Shown here: positions 1-11,945 of the stretch, piece after piece
Numbering within the stretch: position 1 is the stretch's first letter
Layout: every line of letters starts with the position of its first letter
From: Eledone cirrhosa
Lineage: Eukaryota
Reading direction: 5' to 3'
Length of the DNA stretch: 64,000 nucleotides
Assembly: GCA_964016885.1 (NCBI GenBank)
Contig: OZ024744.1
Location: 21,824,001 to 21,888,000 of the forward strand
Translations under genes and position numbers: made by a program
Notes under the pieces: generated by a model
Seen by the model: the letters and a program-made list of their open reading frames with translations, nothing else
What the model was told of the DNA's origin: nothing
Databases searched by the model: none

Positions 1-3000
1 CAGCTATGAGATCTTCAGACTGAAGAGGTGACAGCCACAAGAGCTATGATATCTTCAGACAAAAGAGGTGACAGGCACAACAGCTATGAGATCTTCAGAC
101 AGAAGAGGTGACAGCCACAACAGCTATGACATCTTCAGACAGTTAGAAGAGGTGACAGGCACAACAGCTATGACATCTTTAGACAGTTAGAAGAGGTGAC
201 AGCCACCACAGCTATGAGATATTCAGACAGTTAGAAGAGGTGACAGGCACAACAGCTATGACATCTTCAGACAGTTAGAAGAGGTGACAGCCGCAACAGC
301 TATGACATCTTTAGACAGTTAGAAGAGGTTACAGGAACAACAGCTATGACATCTTCAGAAAGAAGAGGTGACAGGCACAACAGCTATGACATCTACAGAC
401 AGAAGAGGTGACAGCCACAACAGCTATGGCATATTCAGACAGTTAGAAGAGGTGACAGCCACAACAGCTATGACATCTTCAGACAGTTATAAGATGTGAC
501 AGCCACAACAGCTATGACATATTCAGACAGAAGAGGTGACAGGCACATCTGCTATGACATCTACAGACAGAAGAGGTGACAGCCACAACAGCTATGACAT
601 CTTCAGACATTTAGAAGAGGTGACAGCAACAACAGCTATGACATCTTCAGACAGTTAGAAGAGGTGACATGCACAACAGCTATGACGTCTTTAGACAGTT
701 AGAAGAGGTGACAGTAACAACAGCTATGACATCTTCAGAAGTTAGAAGAGGTAACAGGCAAAACAGCTATGACATCTTCAGACAGTTAGAAGAGGTGACA
801 GCAACAACAGCTATGACATCTTCAGACAGAAGAGGTGACAGCCACAACAACTATGACATCTTCAGACAGTTAGAAGAGCTGACAGCCACAACAGCTATGA
901 CATATTCAGACAGTTAGAAGAGGTGACAGGCACAACAGCTATGACATCTTCAGACAGTTAGAAGAGGTGACGGCAACAACAGCTATGAGATCTTCAGACA
1001 GAAGAGGTGACAGGCACAACAGCTATGACATCTACAGACAGATGAGGTGACAGCCACAACAGCTATGACATATTCAGACAGTTAGAAGAGGTGACAGCCA
1101 CAACTGCTATGACATCTTCAGACAGTTATAAGATGTGACAGCCACAACAGCTATGACATCTTTAGACAGTTAGAAGAGGTTACAGGAACAACAGCTATGA
1201 CATCTTCAGAAAGAAGAGGTGACAGGCACAGCAGCTATGACATCTACAGACAGAAGAGGTGACAGCCACAACAGCTATGGCATATTCAGACAGTTAGAAG
1301 AGGTGACAGCCACAACAGCTATGACATCTTCAGACAGTTATAAGATGTGACAGGCACATCAGCTATGACATCTACAGACAGAAGAGGTGACAGCCACAAC
1401 AGCTATGGCATCTTCAGACAATTAGAAGAGGTGACAGCAACAACAGCTATGACATCTTCAGACAGTTAGAAGAGGTGACAGCCACAACAGCTATGACATC
1501 TTCAGAAGTTAGAAGAGGTATCAGGCTCAACAGCTATGACATCTTCAGACAGTTAGAAGAGGTGACAGCTACAACAGCTATGACATCTTCAGACAGAAGA
1601 GGTGACAGCCACAACAACTATGACATCTTCAGACAGTTAGAAGAGCTGACAGGCACAACAGCTATGACATCTTTAGACAGTTAGAAGAGGTGACAGCCAC
1701 AACAGCTATGACATATTCAGACAGTTAGAAGAGGTGACGGCAACAACAGCTATGAGATCTTCAGACAGAAGAGGTGACAGCCACAACAGCTATGACATCT
1801 TCAGAGAGAAGAGGTGACAGGCACAACAGCTATGACATCTACAGACAGAAGAGGTGACAGCCACAACAGCTATGACATATTCAGACAGTTAGAAGAGGTG
1901 ACAGCCACAACTGCTATGACATCTTCAGACAGTTATAAGATGTGACAGCCACAACAGCTATGACATATTCAGACAGAAGAGGTGACATGCACAACAGCTA
2001 TGACATCTTCAGACAGTTAGAAGAGGTAACAGCAACAACAGCTATGACATCTTCAGACAGTTAGAAGAGGTGACAGGCACAACAGCTATGACATCTTTAG
2101 ACAGTTGGAAGAGGTGACAGCCACAACAGCTATGACATCTTCAGACAGTTAGAAGAGGTGACAGACACAACAGCTATGACATCTTCAGACAGAAGAGGTG
2201 ACAGGCACAACAGCTATGACATCTTCAGACAGAAGAGATGACAGGCACAACAGCTATGACATATTCAGACAGTTAGAAGAGGTTACAGGAACAACAGCTG
2301 TGACATCTGTAGACAGTTGGAAGATGTGACAGCCACAACAGCTATGACATCTTCAGACAGTTAGAAGAGGTGACAGCCACAACAGCTATGACATCTTCAT
2401 ACAGTTAGAAGAGGTGACAGGCACAACAGCTATGACGTCTTCAGGCAGTTAGAAGAGGTGACAGGCACAACAGCTATGTCATCTTCAGACAGTTAGAAGA
2501 GGTGACAGCAACAACAGCTATGACATCTTTAGACAGTTAGAAGCGGTGAAATCCACAACAGCTATGACATATTCAGACAGTTAGAAGAGGTGACGGCAAC
2601 AACAGCTATGAGATCTTCAGACTGAAGAGGTGACAGCCACAAGAGCTATGAGATCTTCAGACAAAAGAGGTGACAGCCACAACAGCTATGAGATCTTCAG
2701 ACAGAAGAGGTGACAGCCACAACAACTATGAAATCTTCAGACAGTTAGAAGAGGTGACAGGCACAACAGCTATGACATCTTTAGACAGTTAGAAGAGGTG
2801 ACAGCCACCACAGCTATGAGATATTCAGACAGTTAGAAGAGGTGACAGGCACAACAGCTATGACATCTTCAGACAGTTAGAAGAGGTGACAGCCGCAACA
2901 GCTATGACATCTTTAGACAGTTAGAAGAGGTTACAGGAACAACAGCTATGACATCTTCAGAAAGAAGAGGTGACAGGCACAACAGCTATGACATCTACAG

Positions 3001-3399
3001 ACAGAAGAGGTGACAGCCACAACAGCTATGGCATATTCAGACAGTTAGAAGAGGTGACAGCCACAACAGCTATGACATCTTCAGACAGTTGTAAGATGTG
3101 ACAGCCACAACAGCTATGACATCTTCAGACAGTTAGAAGAGGTGACAGCCACAACAGCTATGACATCTTCAGAGAGTTAGAAGAGGTGACGGCAACAACA
3201 GCTATGAGATCTTCTGACTGAAGAGGTGACAGCCACAAGAGCTATGATATCTTCAGACAAAAGAGGTGACAGGCACAACAGCTATGAGATCTTCAGACAG
3301 AAGAGGTGACAGCCACAACAGCTATGACATCTTCAGACAATTAGACGAGGTGACAGCAACAACAGCTATGACATCTTCAGACAGTTAGAAGAGGTGACA

Positions 3400-6090
3400 G
3401 GCACAACAGCTATGACATCTTTAGACAGTTAGAAGAGGTGACAGCCACCACAGCTATGAGATATTCAGACAGTTAGAAGAGGTGACAGGCACAACAGCTA
3501 TGACATCTTCAGACAGTTAGAAGAGGTGACAGCCGCAACAGCTATGACATCTTTAGACAGTTAGAAGAGGTTACAGGAACAACAGTTATGACATCTACAG
3601 ACAGAAGAGGTGACAGGCACAACAGCTATGACATCTACAGACAGAAGAGGTGACAGCCACAACAGCTATGGCATATTCAGACAGTTAGAAGAGGTGACAG
3701 CCACAACAGCTATGACATCTTCAGACAGTTATAAGATGTGACAGCCACAACAGCTATGACATATTCAGACAGAAGAGGTGACAGGCACATCAGCTATGAC
3801 ATCTACAGACAGAAGAGGTGACAGCCACAACAGCTATGACATCTTCAGACAATTAGACGAGGTGACAGCAACAACAGCTATGACATCTTCAGACAGTTAG
3901 AAGAGGTGACAGCCACAACAGCTATGACGTATTTAGACAGTTAGAAGAGGTGACAGTAACAACAGCTATGACATCTTCAGAAGTTAGAAGAGGTAACAGG
4001 CACAACAGCTATGACATCTTCAGACAGTTAGAAGAGGTGACAGCAACAACAGCTATGACATCTTCAGACAGAAGAGGTGACAGCCACAACAACTATGACA
4101 TCTTCAGACAGTTAGAAGAGCTGACAGGCACAACAGCTATGACATCTTTAGACAGTTAGAAGAGGTGACAGCCACAACAGCTATGACATATTCAGACAGT
4201 TAGAAGAGGTGACAGGCACAACAGCTATGACATCTTCAGACAGTTAGAAGAGGTGACGGCAACAACAGCTATGAGATCTTCAGACAGAAGAGGTGACAGC
4301 CACAACAGCTATGACATCTTCAGAGAGAAGAGGTGACAGGCACAACAGCTATGACATCTACAGACAGAAGAGGTGACAGCCACAACAGCTATGACATATT
4401 CAGACAGTTAGAAGAGGTGACAGCCACAACTGCTATGACATCTTCAGACAGTTATAAGATGTGACAGCCACAACAGCTATGACATATTCAGACAGAAGAG
4501 GTGACACTCACAACAGCTATGACATCTTCAGACAGTTAGAAGAGGTAACAGTAACAACAGCAATGACATCTTCAGACAGTTAGAAGAGGTGACAGGCACA
4601 ACATCTATGACATCTTTAGACAGTTGGAAGAGGTGACAGCCACAACAGCTATGACATCTCCAGACAGTTAGAAGAGGTGACGGCAACAACAGCTATGAGA
4701 TCTTCAGACAGAAGAGGTGACAGCCACAACTGCTATGACATCTTCAGACAGAAGAGGTGACAGGCACAACAGCTATGACATCTTCAGACAGTTAGAAGGG
4801 GGTGACAGCCTCAACAGCTATGACATCTTTAGACAGTTAGAAGAGGTGACAGCCACCACAGCTATGAGATATTCAGACAGTTAGAAGAGGTGACAGGCAC
4901 AACAGCTATGACATCTTCAAACAGTTAGAAGTGGTGACAGCCGCAACAGCTATGACATCTTTAGACAGTTAGAAGAGGTTACAGGAACAACAGCTATGAC
5001 ATCTTCAGAAAGAAGAGGTGACAGGCACAACAGCTATGACATCTACAGACAGAAGAGGTGACATCCACAACAGCTATGGCATATTCAGGCAGTTAGAAGA
5101 GGTGACAGCCACAACAGCTATGACATCTTCAGACAGTTATAAGATGTGACAGCCACAACAGCTATGACATATTCAGACAGAAGAGGTGACAGGCACATCA
5201 GCTATGACATCTACAGACAGAAGAGGTGACAGCCACAACAGCTATGACATCTTCAGACAATTAGAAGAGGTGACAGCAACAACAGCTATGACATCTTCAG
5301 ACAGTTAGAAGAGGTGACAGCCACAACAGCTATGACGTCTTTAGACAGTTAGAAGAGGTGACAGTAACAACAGCTATGACATCTTCAGAAGTTAGAAGAG
5401 GTAACAGGCACAACAGCTATGACATCTTCAGACAGTTAGAAGAGGTGACAGCAGCAACAGCTATGACATCTTCAGACAGAAGAGGTGACAGCCACAACAA
5501 CTATGACATCTTCAGACAGTTAGAAGAGCTGACAGGCACAACAGCTATGACATCTTTAGACAGTTAGAAGAGGTGACAGCCACAACAGCTATGACATATT
5601 CAGACAGTTAGAAGAGGTGACAGTCACAACAGCTATGACATCTTCAGACAGTTAGAAGAGGTGACGGCAACAACAGCTATGAGATCTTCAGACAGAAGAG
5701 GTGACAGCCACAACAGCTATGACATCTTCAGAGAGAAGAGGTGACAGGCACAACAGCTATGACATCTACAGACAGAAGAGGTGACAGCCACAACAGCTAT
5801 GACATATTCAGACAGTTAGAAGAGGTGACAGCCACAACTGCTATGACATCTTCAGACAGTTATAAGATGTGACAGCCACAACAGCTATGACATATTCAGA
5901 CAGAAGAGGTGACACTCACAACAGCTATGACATCTTCAGACAGTTAGAAGAGGTAACAGCAACAACAGCTATGACATCTTCAGACAGTTAGAAGAGGTGA
6001 CAGGCACAACAGCTATGACATCTTTAGACAGTTGGAAGATGTGACAGCCACAACAGCTATGACATCTCCAGACAGTTAGAAGAGGTGACA
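3400..6090. repeat. Higher-order duplication, offset 1408 bp (~3400-4680 vs ~4810-6090)
   Basis: CCACCA at 3445/4853, cassette starts at 3950/5358 and GACACTCAC at 4503/5911 all share offset 1408. About a dozen private substitutions separate the copies. Confidence 0.85.
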
Positions 6091-6139
6091 GCCACAACAG
6101 CTATGACATCTTCAGACAGAAGAGGTGACAGGCACAACA

Positions 6140-9100
6140 GCTATGACATCTTCAGACAGTTAGAAGAGGTAACAGCAACAACAGCTATGACATCTTCAGA
6201 CAGTTAGAAGAGGTGACAGGCACAACAGCTGTGACATCTGTAGACAGTTGGAAGAGGTGACAGCCACAACAGCTATGACATCTTCAGACAGTTAGAAGAG
6301 GTGACAGCCACAACAGCTATGACATCTTCAGACAGTTAGAAGAGGTGACAGGAACAACAGCTATGACGTCTTCAGACAGTTAGAAGAGGTGACAGGCACA
6401 ACAGCTATGTCATCTTCAGACAGTTAGAAGAGGTGACAGCAACAACAGCTATGACATCTTTAGACAGTTAGAAGCGGTGACAGCCACAACAGCCATGACA
6501 TCTTCAGACAGTTAGAAGAGGTGACAGGCACAACAGCTATGACATCTTCAGACAGTTAGAAGAGGTGCCAGCCACAACAGCTATGACATATTCAGACAGT
6601 TAGAAGAGGTGACGGCAACAACAGCTATGAGATCTTCAGACTGAAGAGGTGACAGCCACAACAGCTATGACATCTTCAGACAAAAGAGCTGACAGGCACA
6701 ACAGCTATGTGATCTTCAGACAGAAGAGGTGACAGCCACAACTGCTATGACATCTTCAGACAGAAGAGGTGACAGGCACAACAGCTATGACATCTTCAGA
6801 CAGTTAGAAGGGGGTGACAGCCTCAACAGCTATGACATCTTTAGACAGTTAGAAGAGGTGACAGCCACAACAGCTATGACATCTTCAGACAATTAGAAGA
6901 GGTGACAGCAACAACAGCTATGACATCTTCAGACAGTTAGAAGAGGTGACAGCCACAACAGCTATGACGTCTTTAGACAGTTAGAAGAGGTGACAGTAAC
7001 AACAGCTATGACATCTTCATAAGTTAGAAGAGGTAACAGGCACAACAGCTATGACATCTTCAGACAGTTAGAAGAGGTGACAGCAACAACAGCTATGACA
7101 TCTTCAGACAGAAGAGGTGACAGCCACAACAACTATGACATCTTCAGACAGTTAGAAGAGCTGACAGGCACAACAGCTATGACATCTTTAGACAGTTAGA
7201 AGAGGTGACAGCCACAACAGCTATGACATATTCAGACAGTTAGAAGAGGTGACAGGCACAACAGCTATGACATCTTCAGACAGTTAGAAGAGGTGACGGC
7301 AACAACAGCTATGAGATCTTCAGACAGAAGAGGTGACAGGCACAACAGCTATGACATCTTCAGAGAGAAGAGGTGAGAGGCACAACAGCTATGACATCTA
7401 CAGACAGAAGAGGTGACAGCCACAACAGCTATGACATATTCAGACAGTTAGAAGAGGTGACAGCCACAACTGCTATGACATCTTCAGACAGTTATAAGAT
7501 GTGACAGCCACAACAGCTATGACATATTCAGTCAGAAGAGGTGACACTCACAACAGCTATGACATCTTCAGACAGTTAGAAGAGGTAACACCAACAACAG
7601 CTATGACATCTTCAGACAGTTAGAAGAGGTGACAGGCACAACAGCTATGACATCTTTAGACAGTTGGAAGAGGTGACAGCCACAACAGCTATGACATCTC
7701 CAGACAGTTAGAAGAGGTGACAGCCACAACAGCTATGACATCTTCAGACAGAAGAGGTGACAGGCACAACAGCTATGACATCTTCAGACAGTTAGAAGAG
7801 GTAACAGCAACAACAGCTATGACATCTTCAGACAGTTAGAAGAGGTGACAGGCACAACAGCTGTGACATCTGTAGACAGTTGGAAGAGGTGACAGCCACA
7901 ACAGCTATGACATCTTCAGACAGTTAGAAGAGGTGACAGCCACAAGAGCTATGACATCTTCAGACAGTTAGAAGAGGTGACAGGAACAACAGCTATGACG
8001 TCTTCAGACAGTTAGAAGAGGTGACAGGCACAACAGCTATGTCATCTTCAGACAGTTAGAAGAGGTGACAGCAACAACAGCTATGACATCTTTAGACAGT
8101 TAGAAGCGGTGACAGCCACAACAGCTATGACATATTCAGACAGTTAGAAGAGGTGACGGCAACAACAGCTATGAGATCTTCAGACTGAAGAGGTGACAGC
8201 CACAACAGCTATGACATCTTCAGACAAAAGAGCTGACAGGCACAACAGCTATGTGATCTTCAGACAGAAGAGGTGACAGCCACAACTGCTATGACATCTT
8301 CAGACAGAAGAGGTGACAGGCACAACAGCTATGACATCTTCAGACAGTTAGAAGAGGGTGACAGCCTCAACAGCTATGACATCTTTAGACAGTTAGAAGA
8401 GGTGACAGCCACAACAGCTATGACATCTTCAGACAGTTAGAAGAGGTGACAGCCACAACAGCTATGACATATTTAGACAGTTAGAAGATGTGACAGGAAC
8501 AACAGCTATGACGTCTTCAGACAGTTAGAAGAGGTGACAGGCACAACAGCTATGACATCTTCAGACAGGTAGAAGAGGTGACAGCAACAACAGCTATGAC
8601 ATCTTCAGACAGAAGAGGTGACAGCCACAACAGCTATGACATCTTTAGACAGTTAGAAGAGGTGACAGCCACGACAGCTATGAGATATTCAGACAGTTAG
8701 AAGAGGTGACAGGCACAACAGCTATGACATCTTCAGACAGTTAGAAGAGGTGACAGCCACAACAGCTATGCCATATTTAGACAGTTAGAAGAGGTGACAG
8801 GAAGAACAGCTATGACATCTTCAGACAGTTAGAAGAGGTGACAGGCACAACAGCTATGACTTCTTCAGACAGTTAGAAGAGGTGACAGCAACAACAGTTA
8901 TGACATCTTCAGACAGTTAGAAGAGGTGACAGCCACAACAGCTATGACGTCTTTAGACAGTTAGAAGAGGTGACAGTAACAACAGCTATGACATATTCAG
9001 AAGTTAGAAGAGGTAACAGGCACAACAGCTATGACATCTTCAGACAGTTAGAAGAGGTAACAGCAACAACAGCTATGACATCTTCAGACAGTTAGAAGAG

Positions 9101-11945
9101 GTGACAGGCACAACAGCTGTGACATCTGTAGACAGTTGGAAGAGGTGACAGCCACAACAGCTATGACATCTTCAGACAGTTAGAAGAGGTGACAGCCACA
9201 ACAGCTATGACATCTTCAGACAGTTAGAAGAGGTGACAGGAACAACAGCTATGACGTCTTCAGACAGTTAGAAGAGGTGACAGGCACAACAGCTATGTCA
9301 TCTTCAGACAGTTAGAAGAGGTGACAGCAACAACAGCTATGACATCTTTAGACAGTTAGAAGCGGTGACAGCCACAACAGCCATGACATCTTCAGACAGT
9401 TAGAAGAGGTGACAGGCACAACAGCTATGACATCTTCAGACAGTTAGAAGAGGTGCCAGCCACAACAGCTATGACATATTCAGACAGTTAGAAGAGGTGA
9501 CGGCAACAACAGCTATGAGATCTTCAGACTGAAGAGGTGACAGCCACAACAGCTATGACATCTTCAGACAAAAGAGCTGACAGGCACAACAGCTATGTGA
9601 TCTTCAGACAGAAGAGGTGACAGCCACAACTGCTATGACATCTTCAGACAGAAGAGGTGACAGGCACAACAGCTATGACATCTTCAGACAGTTAGAAGGG
9701 GGTGACAGCCTCAACAGCTATGACATCTTTAGACAGTTAGAAGAGGTGACAGCCACAACAGCTATGACATCTTCAGACAATTAGAAGAGGTGACAGCAAC
9801 AACAGCTATGACATCTTCAGACAGTTAGAAGAGGTGACAGCCACAACAGCTATGACGTCTTTAGACAGTTAGAAGAGGTGACAGTAACAACAGCTATGAC
9901 ATCTTCATAAGTTAGAAGAGGTAACAGGCACAACAGCTATGACATCTTCAGACAGTTAGAAGAGGTGACAGCAACAACAGCTATGACATCTTCAGACAGA
10001 AGAGGTGACAGCCACAACAACTATGACATCTTCAGACAGTTAGAAGAGCTGACAGGCACAACAGCTATGACATCTTTAGACAGTTAGAAGAGGTGACAGC
10101 CACAACAGCTATGACATATTCAGACAGTTAGAAGAGGTGACAGGCACAACAGCTATGACATCTTCAGACAGTTAGAAGAGGTGACGGCAACAACAGCTAT
10201 GAGATCTTCAGACAGAAGAGGTGACAGGCACAACAGCTATGACATCTTCAGAGAGAAGAGGTGAGAGGCACAACAGCTATGACATCTACAGACAGAAGAG
10301 GTGACAGCCACAACAGCTATGACATATTCAGACAGTTAGAAGAGGTGACAGCCACAACTGCTATGACATCTTCAGACAGTTATAAGATGTGACAGCCACA
10401 ACAGCTATGACATATTCAGTCAGAAGAGGTGACACTCACAACAGCTATGACATCTTCAGACAGTTAGAAGAGGTAACACCAACAACAGCTATGACATCTT
10501 CAGACAGTTAGAAGAGGTGACAGGCACAACAGCTATGACATCTTTAGACAGTTGGAAGAGGTGACAGCCACAACAGCTATGACATCTCCAGACAGTTAGA
10601 AGAGGTGACAGCCACAACAGCTATGACATCTTCAGACAGAAGAGGTGACAGGCACAACAGCTATGACATCTTCAGACAGTTAGAAGAGGTAACAGCAACA
10701 ACAGCTATGACATCTTCAGACAGTTAGAAGAGGTGACAGGCACAACAGCTGTGACATCTGTAGACAGTTGGAAGAGGTGACAGCCACAACAGCTATGACA
10801 TCTTCAGACAGTTAGAAGAGGTGACAGCCACAAGAGCTATGACATCTTCAGACAGTTAGAAGAGGTGACAGGAACAACAGCTATGACGTCTTCAGACAGT
10901 TAGAAGAGGTGACAGGCACAACAGCTATGTCATCTTCAGACAGTTAGAAGAGGTGACAGCAACAACAGCTATGACATCTTTAGACAGTTAGAAGCGGTGA
11001 CAGCCACAACAGCTATGACATATTCAGACAGTTAGAAGAGGTGACGGCAACAACAGCTATGAGATCTTCAGACTGAAGAGGTGACAGCCACAACAGCTAT
11101 GACATCTTCAGACAAAAGAGCTGACAGGCACAACAGCTATGTGATCTTCAGACAGAAGAGGTGACAGCCACAACTGCTATGACATCTTCAGACAGAAGAG
11201 GTGACAGGCACAACAGCTATGACATCTTCAGACAGTTAGAAGAGGGTGACAGCCTCAACAGCTATGACATCTTTAGACAGTTAGAAGAGGTGACAGCCAC
11301 AACAGCTATGACATCTTCAGACAGTTAGAAGAGGTGACAGCCACAACAGCTATGACATATTTAGACAGTTAGAAGATGTGACAGGAACAACAGCTATGAC
11401 GTCTTCAGACAGTTAGAAGAGGTGACAGGCACAACAGCTATGACATCTTCAGACAGGTAGAAGAGGTGACAGCAACAACAGCTATGACATCTTCAGACAG
11501 AAGAGGTGACAGCCACAACAGCTATGACATCTTTAGACAGTTAGAAGAGGTGACAGCCACGACAGCTATGAGATATTCAGACAGTTAGAAGAGGTGACAG
11601 GCACAACAGCTATGACATCTTCAGACAGTTAGAAGAGGTGACAGCCACAACAGCTATGCCATATTTAGACAGTTAGAAGAGGTGACAGGAAGAACAGCTA
11701 TGACATCTTCAGACAGTTAGAAGAGGTGACAGGCACAACAGCTATGACTTCTTCAGACAGTTAGAAGAGGTGACAGCAACAACAGTTATGACATCTTCAG
11801 ACAGTTAGAAGAGGTGACAGCCACAACAGCTATGACGTCTTTAGACAGTTAGAAGAGGTGACAGTAACAACAGCTATGACATATTCAGAAGTTAGAAGAG
11901 GTAACAGGCACAACAGCTATGACATCTTCAGACAGTTAGAAGAGG
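6140..11945. repeat. Near-perfect tandem duplication, period 2888 bp
   Basis: Rare variants AGCCATG 6491/9379, GTGCCA 6565/9453, GAAGAGGGTG 8351/11239, CCATATTT 8771/11659 and (ATTCAG)AAGTT 9001/11889 all have offset 2888. Confidence 0.93.

Noticed and set aside
20-70. Satellite-encoded hammerhead ribozyme (CTGAAGA matches the CUGANGA core)
   Set aside because: The required GAAA after a stem II is absent downstream (the sequence reads GACAAAAG). The CAGAAAG variant lies in a different word several monomers away, and I could not build stems I-III. An Infernal search with Rfam hammerhead models would settle it.
140-155. Telomere-like repeat (GTTAG)
   Set aside because: There is only one TTAG per monomer, followed by AAGAGG, and no tandem TTAGG/TTAGGG units.
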